Origin: Clostridiales bacterium DTU086
GTDB taxonomy: Bacteria; Bacillota; DTU086
Direction of reading: 5' to 3'
NCBI GenBank assembly: GCA_001513335.1
Contig: LFTO01000116.1
Coordinates: 536-64,535, forward strand
DNA: 64,000 nt
The translations under genes and the position numbers were made by a program. Below, piece by piece: positions 10,771 through 20,004 of the stretch (its first letter is position 1; every line of letters begins with the position of its first letter). The notes beneath the pieces are model-generated. The model was not told the origin of the DNA and ran no database searches. It saw only the letters and a program-made list of their open reading frames with translations.

Positions 10771-10799
10771 ATTATAATTAAAGTCCTTCAACTAGTCAA
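10771..10799 (-). promoter_or_regulatory. sigma-A promoter for tRNA-Arg (TTGACT-17-TATAAT)
   Basis: Minus strand reads TTGACTagttgaaggactttaatTATAAT, about 13 nt upstream of the tRNA 5' end. Confidence 0.75.
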
Positions 10800-11148
10800 A
10801 TTTCGGAAAGAAAAGAGCCCCTATAGTTTGATGTATGTACATTATACACCGGAAATTTAACATAGTGAAAAAATCTTTTTTTCATTGAATAATATGTGGT
10901 CTCGCCGGGGAATTAACCGTTGAGGATGGGGGAAAGCTGGTTCTAACCTGTCATCTAAGAGGAGATAGAATGTTTTTCCGGCAAACCTGTGGCGTAAAAC
11001 AAGAAGAGGACAGGTGGCGCTATTTTCAGGTAAAAAATGGTGGGGAATTAATATGGTATTTTTCCGTATTTCCCTTGCTTATTAGGAACCATTGTGCTAC
11101 TCTTGCAGTAGAATATTGTATACAAAATACCTTTTAGGAGGTTTCATG

Positions 11149-11274
11149 TATGCAGTACTTGGTTACCTGGAGTGAAGGCGAAGAAGTCGCTTATCTGATT
11201 CTGGGTGAACAGGATTTATGCCGCCTCGGAATGGACGACAAGAATTACATTATTACGGAATTCAGCACTCATTA
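11149..11274 (+). CDS. small ORF, 41 aa, hypothetical (MQYLVTWSEGEEVAYLILGEQDLCRLGMDDKNYIITEFSTH)
   Basis: AGGAGG RBS 8 nt upstream of the ATG. An intrinsic terminator follows directly. Below the 60-aa cutoff of the ORF track. Confidence 0.4.
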
Positions 11275-11315
11275 AGATTAATAATTTAGTTTCTTTATCC
11301 ATTATTGCATTTTAA

Positions 11316-11339
11316 CGCCGGTTTTCCCGGCGTTTTTTG
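11316..11339 (+). terminator. intrinsic terminator after the small ORF
   Basis: GCCGG-TTTTC-CCGGC followed by TTTTTTG. Confidence 0.7.
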
Positions 11340-11637
11340 TTTTTCTGTTGGTGCACCTCCCGGTTTTGAGCTACAGTACTTGCTCGGAATTCTAGTTATC
11401 ATTTACAATTCGCCTGCAGGGTGCTGAGGAGCTCTTTGCGCTTGGAGATCCTGCGTACCTCCTTTAGCAGGAGCAATAACTTTCAAAAAAAACGTATCCG
11501 CCAGTCGCCCCAATGAAGGCTTTGTTTTTTCTCCCCAAAGGACTTTTTTGATTGATTTAATGCTCCAGGGGGTTAGTATTGCGCCTGTGGGGAAAATTAT
11601 ATATGATTAACTTTAAATACCGCTGGAGGAAAAAAAT

Positions 11638-12645
11638 ATGAAGGTAAGACAAGTCGGAGAGTTTGGACTAATAGATATCATAAAAGACAATACACTGGTA
11701 GACCCGTCTTCGGTTGTCGCCGGGATCGGAGACGATACCGCTGTTTTGAAACACCCTAGTGGGAAATTACTGTTGGCTACAACAGATATGATGATTGAAA
11801 ATATTCACTTTATTATATCCGGGGACAACGGAAGGCAGATTGGCTACCGTGTTATGGCCGCCAATGTCAGCGATATCGCTTCCATGGGGGGACGCCCGAC
11901 ACATGCCATCATTTCCATAGGTGTTCACCCGGATATGGAAGTTTCCTTTGTGGAGAGCGTTTATGAGGGGATGAAAGCCTGTTCCCGGGATTATGGGGTA
12001 AATATTGTAGGGGGGGACACAGTGACTTCCCCTGATAATTTAGTATTAAATGTTGCTCTTCTGGGGTTGGTGGATCCGGACAAATATCTTCCCCGTTCCG
12101 GTGCCAGGCCGGGAGACCTTGTTATGGTTACCAACGTTTTAGGAGATTCCCGTGCAGGGCTGGATATTGTCCTGGGCAGGTGCAGTATTTCCCAGGAGGG
12201 AGAGAAGTATCTTTTGGACAGGCACTATTACTCCAATCCCCGGGTTGAAGAAATGGCTGCCGGAACAGCCTGCGGGGGGATTACTGCGGCAGACGACATC
12301 AGCGACGGTCTGGGGAGCGAAATACATGAAATTGCTGATGCCAGCGGCGTTGGGGCAATTCTTAAGTTTGAAGATCTACCAGTATCCGACTATACCCGGG
12401 AAGTTGCCGAGAAAACTAACACCGATCTCATAGAGTACTGCCTCTTTGGCGGTGAAGACTTCGAGGTGGTTATAACAGTCGATCCGCGGAAAGCCGATGC
12501 CCTTGCGGAAGCTGTTGAAAGTGCTACTGGTACAAAACTAACTGTGGTCGGTGAAATTGTTGACAAGTCAGAAGGGGTTAAACTCCTGAGAAATAACAGC
12601 CTTCATGTCCTTCCGAAGAAGGGCTACAGTCATTTCAAAAAATAA
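11638..12645 (+). CDS. thiL: thiamine-monophosphate kinase
   Basis: 335 aa. The N-terminus GEFGLIDII..GIGDDTAV fits the AIR-synthase-related/PurM-like ThiL fold. Confidence 0.8.
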   Translation: MKVRQVGEFGLIDIIKDNTLVDPSSVVAGIGDDTAVLKHPSGKLLLATTDMMIENIHFIISGDNGRQIGYRVMAANVSDIASMGGRPTHAIISIGVHPDMEVSFVESVYEGMKACSRDYGVNIVGGDTVTSPDNLVLNVALLGLVDPDKYLPRSGARPGDLVMVTNVLGDSRAGLDIVLGRCSISQEGEKYLLDRHYYSNPRVEEMAAGTACGGITAADDISDGLGSEIHEIADASGVGAILKFEDLPVSDYTREVAEKTNTDLIEYCLFGGEDFEVVITVDPRKADALAEAVESATGTKLTVVGEIVDKSEGVKLLRNNSLHVLPKKGYSHFKK

Positions 12646-12663
12646 TCGTAGGAGGTACATTTT

Positions 12664-13905
12664 GTGGGTCCTAAATCAGAAATTGCAAACATAGAGCTAG
12701 CTCCCTCCGGGGAGAAAAAGATTCATTGGGCCAGCGCCCACATGCCTGTATTAAATTATTTAATTGCCGGGTACGAACAGACCAAGCCCCTAAAGGGATT
12801 TACTTTGGGTTTGTGCCTGCACCTGGAAGCAAAAACAGCCTACCTGGCTCATGCCCTGAAGTGTGCCGGGGCAAATGTGGTTGCCTGTGCCAGTAATCCA
12901 CTTTCAACACAGGATGACGTTGTTGCCGCCATGGTCAAGGCCGGCATTACGGTGTTTGCTGTTCACGGCTCAAGCCCCCAGGATTATGAACGCTATCTGA
13001 GCATGGTTTTAGACTGGGAACCCCAGATAATTATTGATGATGGGGGAGACTTGGTTTCTCTTGCCCATGCAACCAGGCCGGAACTGGTGAAGAAAATTAT
13101 CGGTGGCTGTGAAGAGACAACAACCGGTGTTACCCGGCTCAGGTCTATGGCCAAGGAGGGGGCACTGGAGTTTCCAATGATATCTGTAAACGATGCCAAC
13201 TGCAAGTACTTGTTTGATAACCGTTACGGAACGGGACAGTCTACCTGGGACGGTATAAACCGGACGACGAACCTTGTTGTAGCGGGGAAATGTGTGGTGA
13301 TAATAGGTTACGGCTGGTGCGGAAGAGGTACAGCCATGCGCGCCAAAGGTTTGGGAGCCAGGGTAATTGTCTGTGAAGTGGACCCTATCAAAGCCAACGA
13401 AGCTCTTATGGACGGCCATGAGGTTATGCCCCTGGCCAAGGCAGCCGAGAAAGGGGATTATTTCGTTACAGTTACAGGCAACTTCGGGGTAGTACGCGGA
13501 GAACATTTTGAAAGAATGAAAAACGGAGCGGTTTTGGCTAACGCCGGCCATTTCGATGTGGAAATATGCAAACCGGACCTAGAAGCTCTTTCCGTTTCCC
13601 GAAACTTGATAAAACCGGGCATAGAAGCATTTAAACTCAAGAACGGGAATACCCTTTACCTTCTTGCCGAAGGCAGGCTGGTTAACCTGGCAGCAGGAGA
13701 CGGACACCCTGCGGAGATTATGGATATGAGCTTTGCCCTTCAAGCCTTATGTGTAGAATACTTGAGCCGTAATACTCTTCCTCCGGGAGTTCACCCTGTT
13801 CCTTTCGAACTGGATCAGCAGGTGGCCAGCCTGAGGCTCGAAGCCTTAGGGGTTGAGATAGACACCCTTGACCCACAGCAGGTAAAATATTTGAACAGCT
13901 GGTAA
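12664..13905 (+). CDS. ahcY: adenosylhomocysteinase
   Basis: 413 aa. NAD-binding VIIGYGWCGRG..RVIVCEVDPI and substrate-domain motifs typical of S-adenosyl-L-homocysteine hydrolase. Confidence 0.85.
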   Translation: MGPKSEIANIELAPSGEKKIHWASAHMPVLNYLIAGYEQTKPLKGFTLGLCLHLEAKTAYLAHALKCAGANVVACASNPLSTQDDVVAAMVKAGITVFAVHGSSPQDYERYLSMVLDWEPQIIIDDGGDLVSLAHATRPELVKKIIGGCEETTTGVTRLRSMAKEGALEFPMISVNDANCKYLFDNRYGTGQSTWDGINRTTNLVVAGKCVVIIGYGWCGRGTAMRAKGLGARVIVCEVDPIKANEALMDGHEVMPLAKAAEKGDYFVTVTGNFGVVRGEHFERMKNGAVLANAGHFDVEICKPDLEALSVSRNLIKPGIEAFKLKNGNTLYLLAEGRLVNLAAGDGHPAEIMDMSFALQALCVEYLSRNTLPPGVHPVPFELDQQVASLRLEALGVEIDTLDPQQVKYLNSW

Positions 13906-14109
13906 AACTTTTCCCTGGAGGGCGTTACAATGGCTGCAGTTTACCCAAAGTGACGGCATTTTACCGCAAGTGCAGGTTTTTGGTAATCCTGATGCGGGGT
14001 GTTCCTGAAAAATCCTGAATGCACCTTTACATCGTCACCCTGAGCGCGGGTCTCCCGTGTCATCCTGAGCTGAGCCAAGAATTTTCTGCAGTTACCAAAT
14101 ATTAGGGAG

Positions 14110-15663
14110 GTGTGGCATTTGGTTGACAAATATCAAGAGCTGGCACAAAAGAGAAAAACTGTCCTTGAAGGAGGCGGTGAAAAGCGGGTTGCCAAGCAGC
14201 ATGAAGCAGGGAAATTTACTGCCCGGGAAAGGATAGATATGCTTTTGGACGAAGACAGTTTTGTGGAAATTGGTGCCTTTATTGAACACAGATGCCATGA
14301 CCTGGGAATGGAAAAAAACAAGGTTCCCGGAGAGGGAGTTGTAACCGGATACGGCAAAATTGATGGCCGCACGGTCTATATCTTTGCCCAGGATTTTACT
14401 GTTATGGGCGGGAGCCTGGGAGAAATGCACGCAGCAAAAATATGCCGAGTTTTAGATCTGGCTGTAGCCGCAGAAGTGCCTGTAATCGGAATCAATGACT
14501 CCGGCGGTGCAAGAATCCAGGAGGGGATTGCTGCTTTAAACGGTTACGGGGAAATATTCCGGCGCAATACCATGGCTTCTGGTGTTATTCCCCAAATAGC
14601 GGTTATCATGGGGCCCTGCGCCGGTGGAGCAGTTTATTCCCCTGCCCTTATGGATTTTGTTTTCATGGTGGAAAAGACAAGCCAAATGTTCATTACCGGC
14701 CCCCAGGTTATTGAGACGGTTACAGGGGAAAGAATTTCCCATGAGGAATTGGGGGGTTCCTCTGTCCACAACAGGATGAGCGGCGTTGCCCATTTTAGGG
14801 CGGGCAGTGAAGAAGAGTGCTTTAACCAGATTAAAAAACTGCTGGAATACCTGCCCAATACATACAGGGAAAAGCCACCGGAAGTTGAATGTAGCGACCC
14901 ACTTGCACGTGTTTGTCACAAGCTGAACAGCATAATTCCTTCTGACCCCAATAAAGGTTATGACATTAAGGAAATTATTAGGGATGTTGCCGATGAGGGA
15001 ACCTTTTTTGAGGTCCATGAAGAGTTTGCCACCAATATTGTAACCGGGTTTGCGCGGCTGGCAGGTAAAACTGTGGGTGTTGTGGGCAACCAGCCCAAGA
15101 AACTGGCGGGATGTCTGGATATTGACAGTTCAGATAAAGCCGCCAGATTTATCCGGTTCTGTGACGCATTCAATATCCCCCTGGTTACGTTCGTTGATAC
15201 CCCTGGTTTCCTCCCGGGTACACAGCAGGAACATGGGGGGATAATACGCCATGGTGCCAAACTCCTGTATGCCTATTCAGAAGCTTCTGTCCCCAAAGTA
15301 AGCATCATTTTAAGAAAAGCTTATGGGGGTGCTTACCTGGCCATGTGTTCCCGCTCCCTTGGTGCGGACCAGGTCTTTGCCTGGCCAACAGCTGAAGTAG
15401 CTGTCATGGGGCCTGAAGGTGCTGCAAATATTATCTTCAGGAAAGAAATCAAAGAATCTGAAAATCCGGAAAGGACTCGGGCGGAAAAAATTGAAGAATA
15501 TAAGAAAATGTTTGCCCACCCCTATGTTGCTGCTGCCAGGGGGTATGTGGATGATGTTATTGAGCCGAAAGAAACCAGGATAATGCTGATAAGGTGTATG
15601 GAATCTCTGGAGGCTAAGAGGGGACAGCATTTCTCGAAGAGGCACGGAAACATTCCTTTATAA
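14110..15663 (+). CDS. methylmalonyl-CoA/propionyl-CoA carboxyltransferase (12S-type, carboxyltransferase subunit)
   Basis: 517 aa acyl-CoA carboxylase carboxyltransferase fold. A likely TTG start at 14119 gives better RBS spacing (AGGGAGG). Confidence 0.85.
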   Translation: MWHLVDKYQELAQKRKTVLEGGGEKRVAKQHEAGKFTARERIDMLLDEDSFVEIGAFIEHRCHDLGMEKNKVPGEGVVTGYGKIDGRTVYIFAQDFTVMGGSLGEMHAAKICRVLDLAVAAEVPVIGINDSGGARIQEGIAALNGYGEIFRRNTMASGVIPQIAVIMGPCAGGAVYSPALMDFVFMVEKTSQMFITGPQVIETVTGERISHEELGGSSVHNRMSGVAHFRAGSEEECFNQIKKLLEYLPNTYREKPPEVECSDPLARVCHKLNSIIPSDPNKGYDIKEIIRDVADEGTFFEVHEEFATNIVTGFARLAGKTVGVVGNQPKKLAGCLDIDSSDKAARFIRFCDAFNIPLVTFVDTPGFLPGTQQEHGGIIRHGAKLLYAYSEASVPKVSIILRKAYGGAYLAMCSRSLGADQVFAWPTAEVAVMGPEGAANIIFRKEIKESENPERTRAEKIEEYKKMFAHPYVAAARGYVDDVIEPKETRIMLIRCMESLEAKRGQHFSKRHGNIPL

Positions 15664-15758
15664 TCTTCTTGATCCTCCGCGAACTTGACGGAGGATTTTC
15701 CTTTGACCTTCTGAGTTAGTTATCGGACTGTAGCAGAACGGGTTAGCGGATTTTAAAT

Positions 15759-17873
15759 TTGAAAAAGGGTGACAGTGTGAAGGTTCCCGAGTTTCCGAAG
15801 ATATTTGAAGAAATTGACAAAGTTTTTGCCTCTCAGGGAGTACTTGCCGAGGGGCTTTTGTCTTATGCCGTACGTCCCGGTCAAATACAGATGGCCAAGT
15901 TGGTTGCTGAAACCCTGGAGGAAGACAGGATTTTACTGGTTGAGGCGGGGACGGGTACCGGCAAGACGCTGGCTTATCTGGTTCCCAGTATAATCTGGTC
16001 CTCGGAGAACGACTCCAAAGTCGTCATCAGTACTAATACTATCAACCTTCAAGACCAAATCTGGAACCACGATATCCCTATGCTCCAGGACCTGCTGCCT
16101 TATAAGTTTAATGCTGTCAGGATAAAGGGGCGTTCCAACTACCTCTGCCTGCGAAAATGGTACTCAGACTACCAGTTAAGCATTGGAGATATGGGAGACA
16201 GGGGATTCCATGAAAAATTGGAAACGTGGCTCAACACTACTGACACCGGGGACAAGAGTGAACTCAACCTCTCCTCTATTGAGGAAACAATGTGGAGGAA
16301 GTTTTCTGCTGATGATGCCACCTGCCACGGTTCAAGGTGCAGCTGGGCCCAGGAGTGTTTTTTGAGGAAAGTCCGCAGCGCTGCCGCCCGGGCAAACATA
16401 ATTTTGGTAAACCATTCTCTCCTTCTCATTGACGCTGAAGGGGGATTTGGAATTCTTCCTAAATATTCCAAGCTTATTATCGATGAGGCCCACAACCTGA
16501 GCGGAAGTGCTGTGAATCACTTTTCCCTGTGTCTGGAAAAGGGAGAGCTTCTGGAAGTATACAAACTCCTTGGGCAAATCTCCCCCCTTACGAGACAGGC
16601 TTTTAGCAAAGACTCAGAAAACAGGAAAAGGATTGATGAGCAAGAAAAGTTAATTATGGAGTCCCGTTCACAGCTGTACGGGCTGTTGGCAGAGATATTC
16701 AGTAAAATAGAAGAATTCTACTCTGAATTGTGGGGAGGGAAGAGACAGGTCCGAATTAAATTCCCCCTGCATGATGCTTATATGGAGTCTATTACTGACT
16801 TGTGTTCGGAATTACTAAATTGTCTTGGTGAGATTGAAGAAAAAATTAAACGTTTTGAGGAGCTTACAGAGGAATTTTTCCCTGGGGATGTCCTGAGAAT
16901 GATAACCAGTGAACTGGACTCTGTGAGAAAAAACCTTGTACAGCTTACCCAATTTGACAGTCAGGAGCAAGTGTTATGGCTGGAAGAGCAAGAAACGGGT
17001 GTAAGTATCAGGACTGCCCCTCTTTACGTAGGAAATATCTTAGCAGATATTCTTTATTCTCGTTTGGATAGCGTCGTTCTAACCTCAGCTACACTGCGGC
17101 TGCAAAACTCTTTTGATTACTTTTCTGAAGAACTGGGACTGTCCCAACTGGAAGATGTTCTTCTTTACGAAAGTGTCCAACCTCCCTTCGATTACTGCAG
17201 CCAGGCAAAAATTTTTATTGCCGGGGACCTGCCACAACCAAACTGGGAAAAGGACAGGGAATGGGTTGAAGCCTGTGCCGGAGCAGTGGCTGAATTAGTG
17301 AAAATTTGTACCGGCAGCGTTCTCGCCCTTTTTACATCCCACAGGCATTTGCTCCAGACTTACGAACTTTTAAAGGGGCCTCTTGCGGAGGAAGGTACCA
17401 GGGTCTTGGCCCATGATATCGACGGGGATAGGTACCACCTGGTTGAAGCCGTCAAAAGGGCGGAAGAAAAGACACTCCTCCTGGGGACAGGAAGTTTTTG
17501 GGAGGGGATAGATGTTCCCGGAGACTGTTTACAGTGTGTAATTATTACGAAACTTCCTTTTCCTGTCCCGGATTCACCCCTTTTCGAAGCCAAAGTGGAA
17601 AAGCTGAGAGAAATGGGGAACAATCCTTTTTACAAGCTTTTTCTTCCTGTGTGTACAACGAAGCTGCTCCAGGGAATCGGACGTTTAATTCGTACAGAAG
17701 AAGACTTTGGCTTTGTAGTAATCCTGGACAGCAGGCTCACTTCCAAGGCTTATGGGGAGTATATAATTGATTCTCTTCCCTGCGAGCCCCTTATTTGCGA
17801 GACCAAGGGGATCTGCCGATCTATCGAGGAAACGATTTCCAGGAGAAAAAATATTCACCCCGTCAACCTCTGA
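15759..17873 (+). CDS. ATP-dependent DinG/Rad3-family DNA helicase
   Basis: Walker A AGTGTGKT and DEAH box IIDEAHNL. Cysteine cluster (CHGSRCSWAQEC) in the helicase N-domain. Confidence 0.8.
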   Translation: MKKGDSVKVPEFPKIFEEIDKVFASQGVLAEGLLSYAVRPGQIQMAKLVAETLEEDRILLVEAGTGTGKTLAYLVPSIIWSSENDSKVVISTNTINLQDQIWNHDIPMLQDLLPYKFNAVRIKGRSNYLCLRKWYSDYQLSIGDMGDRGFHEKLETWLNTTDTGDKSELNLSSIEETMWRKFSADDATCHGSRCSWAQECFLRKVRSAAARANIILVNHSLLLIDAEGGFGILPKYSKLIIDEAHNLSGSAVNHFSLCLEKGELLEVYKLLGQISPLTRQAFSKDSENRKRIDEQEKLIMESRSQLYGLLAEIFSKIEEFYSELWGGKRQVRIKFPLHDAYMESITDLCSELLNCLGEIEEKIKRFEELTEEFFPGDVLRMITSELDSVRKNLVQLTQFDSQEQVLWLEEQETGVSIRTAPLYVGNILADILYSRLDSVVLTSATLRLQNSFDYFSEELGLSQLEDVLLYESVQPPFDYCSQAKIFIAGDLPQPNWEKDREWVEACAGAVAELVKICTGSVLALFTSHRHLLQTYELLKGPLAEEGTRVLAHDIDGDRYHLVEAVKRAEEKTLLLGTGSFWEGIDVPGDCLQCVIITKLPFPVPDSPLFEAKVEKLREMGNNPFYKLFLPVCTTKLLQGIGRLIRTEEDFGFVVILDSRLTSKAYGEYIIDSLPCEPLICETKGICRSIEETISRRKNIHPVNL

Positions 17874-18020
17874 ATAATACAATGATAGGAGATCGAAAGC
17901 GGGGTGGAAAACTTGCGCGTTTATTTTATCAGACTGCCTGGTGTTTTAAGGAAAGTATTAAAAAAGCTTCTGCGCCAGTAAAAACCCAGATACAAATACA
18001 TTTGAGTTATTTAGGAAATT

Positions 18021-18046
18021 GAGAGCAATGAGGCTCTCTTTTTTGT
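18021..18046 (+). terminator. intrinsic terminator
   Basis: GAGAGC-AATGAG-GCTCTC followed by TTTTTTG. Confidence 0.65.
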
Positions 18047-18116
18047 TTGTATTTAGACATAAATGCTTTTATCAGGTCTAAATATATTGTAAAGAGATGG
18101 ATGGTGGTGTTGGCCT

Positions 18117-18929
18117 TTGCATTCCAGAGGAATAAAACTTTTTATGCTTGTTATGGCCATTGCGGCGCTGGCGTTTTTTTATAACTGGCTCTGCAATGGG
18201 GAAACAAATGGAAAAGCAGTAAAAACCCAGCAGGAATTTGTGACCATATATGCGGAAACGCCATATGATGCAATATACCAATACTACAAAGCCCTGGAAG
18301 GCAACAATTGGGATCTGGTAAAATCCTTAACTACGAAAAGTATGTGGAATTACATTGAAAAGTCGGGCTTTAGAAAGAGTTGGGAAAGGAAAATTTCAGA
18401 AGACCCTACCCTAAAATTTCTTCTGTTTATCGTGAAGAAGCAGTCAATCGATGAGGAAGAGGAAGAAGGCTGGGTCATGGGAAAAGTGGATTGGACTTCC
18501 GAACGCAGGAATGTTCCTGATGATAACCGCATTGTGTATGTGGAAAAGGACAAGGAGTCATGGGTTATTTCCCGTATTTTAACCCTTCCTGCAGTTGAGG
18601 TAGTAGATGATTTCTATGAGGCGATAGGTATAGGGGACTTTGCCCGGGCCGAGACACTTACCACCAGAAAATATTGGAAAAGACTGGTTGCTGCAGGCAT
18701 TATTGATGATATTCAAAAAGAAAGGTTAAAAAATCTAAAGGGACTTTACGTAGTTTTTTTGGTAGAGGACTTTTCCGAAAAGCCTAATGAAGCCTGGGTT
18801 TCAGGAGACGTTACTTTTCACCCTTTGGAGCGGCAGCAGAGGGAAGTTTCAGTTAATGTTCATGTTGTTCGGGAAAACAAGGAATGGAAGATTGACAAAA
18901 TCGTAGGCCATTGGGATATCGCCAAGTAA
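18117..18929 (+). CDS. hypothetical membrane-anchored/secreted protein
   Basis: N-terminal hydrophobic helix followed by two repeated, roughly 110-aa halves. No identifiable family. Confidence 0.45.
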   Translation: MHSRGIKLFMLVMAIAALAFFYNWLCNGETNGKAVKTQQEFVTIYAETPYDAIYQYYKALEGNNWDLVKSLTTKSMWNYIEKSGFRKSWERKISEDPTLKFLLFIVKKQSIDEEEEEGWVMGKVDWTSERRNVPDDNRIVYVEKDKESWVISRILTLPAVEVVDDFYEAIGIGDFARAETLTTRKYWKRLVAAGIIDDIQKERLKNLKGLYVVFLVEDFSEKPNEAWVSGDVTFHPLERQQREVSVNVHVVRENKEWKIDKIVGHWDIAK

Positions 18930-19056
18930 GATTTCGTTTATTCTAAAAGGTTGGAGGGTTCAGGGTCTAAAGGGCCTTAAGCGAGGCGGTTGTACTAGCG
19001 TTTAGAGGTCCGGTGGGCTCCTTGCCGGTGCAAAGAAGTTCTCAATACTGGGATTA

Positions 19057-19169
19057 CGAAAGCCCGTATGTATTATGGAATAGACTTGTTTCTGTTAAGC
19101 CTTGGGCGGCTTTGCCGTCGTTAACGGCGTGGGAGCTTGTCTGTAAGGAAATTATACATACGCTTAGCG
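19057..19169 (+). repeat. copy 1 of a ~113-nt imperfect long-hairpin element (structured ncRNA or MITE-like)
   Basis: The outer stem pairs CGTATGTAT...ATACATACG around an internal GGCGGC-TTT-GCCGTC hairpin. It is about 80% identical to the reverse complement of 42713-42826. Confidence 0.7.
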
Positions 19170-19418
19170 AAGAAAACGGTTGGGACCAGTGTCATCCGCA
19201 AGGGTTTACCGGAGGATCTCAGAAGCGAAGCGATGGTATTAGCACTAAAGATCCGGTGTATTGCTTGTGCGGGTGCATCGGTGCCCTCCAGATGAATCGT
19301 TTTCCCGAGTAGTTCGACGGGCGAAATTGTTCAAAATAAAAAGGAGAAACAGAAGTATATCTGTCCTCCCCTGCTGTGCAATTTTCCATTTAAAGACGCT
19401 GCTTTCCTGCCGTGGGAA

Positions 19419-19811
19419 TCAGGTCATTGAAACTCCCACAATACCTCCGCAGATGCCGGCAATGAGACATGCCAAAAGCTTTTTAATCAGAACAAAAAAT
19501 ACAAAGCTCCCCGGTGACAGAATTGTACTTACAAGTGCAACTACAATAAAGAAAATGGTTCCAATAATTATGCCATGGAGAAGCCCTCTAATCCCTGCTT
19601 CCCTGGCTCCTACAAAACTACCGAGAAATGCGCTCACTATTAAAATCAGCAGAGACGTAATGGGTAGGAGCGACTCGGATAGGGGTGTAAAATGAAAGAT
19701 TAAAGCTGAAATAAGGATTAGCAGTATTGCCGCGCATAAAGCAGAAAGAACACCTCGTCTTACCGGTCTTCCCCAAATTAACGTTGATTTGCCCAAGGGG
19801 TACACCTCCAA
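19419..19811 (-). CDS. hypothetical integral membrane protein
   Basis: 130 aa with 4 predicted TM helices. Confidence 0.5.
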   Translation of the reverse strand: MEVYPLGKSTLIWGRPVRRGVLSALCAAILLILISALIFHFTPLSESLLPITSLLILIVSAFLGSFVGAREAGIRGLLHGIIIGTIFFIVVALVSTILSPGSFVFFVLIKKLLACLIAGICGGIVGVSMT

Positions 19812-20004
19812 TAAGTTTTAGTAAACTGTATGCGTGTCTGTGGAAAATATTACAGAGTTATTACCGGCCTTGAAGGAAAGTCACCGGGAAAGTTTTTGTG
19901 TATTGTGAACAAGGGTTATTAACCTTTACGTCGAAGAATATAAGTAAGTGTAGGACATTACTACGCTTCTTTTTAGTATCTTTTCATTAGGGATATAGAG
20001 GAGG

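Noticed and set aside
11380-11640. Possible TPP (THI-box) riboswitch upstream of thiL (GCTGAGGAGC resembles the CUGAGA core)
   Set aside because: Only a partial CUGAGA-like match. The rest of the THI-box consensus (GGGGUGCCC..ACCCU..GAACCUGAUC..GG) is not recognisable, and thiL is not a typical TPP-riboswitch target.
17795-18022. 75-aa ORF overlapping the 3' end of the helicase gene
   Set aside because: A different frame of the helicase terminus running into the 3'UTR, with no RBS. The terminator at 18021 belongs to the helicase gene.
18990-19045. TAGAGGTCCGGTGGGCTCC resembles the RNase P RNA P4 strand (GGAAAGTCCGGGCTCC)
   Set aside because: The match is short and imperfect, the partner 3' P4 strand (ACAGAACCCGGCTTA) is absent nearby, and the region is too short for RNase P RNA.
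19013-19695. Two overlapping ORFs (99 aa and 144 aa) covering the hairpin element and the convergent gene's 3' end
   Set aside because: No RBS, they overlap each other, and the 144-aa ORF is antisense to the well-supported minus-strand membrane gene. The region is better explained as structured non-coding DNA.
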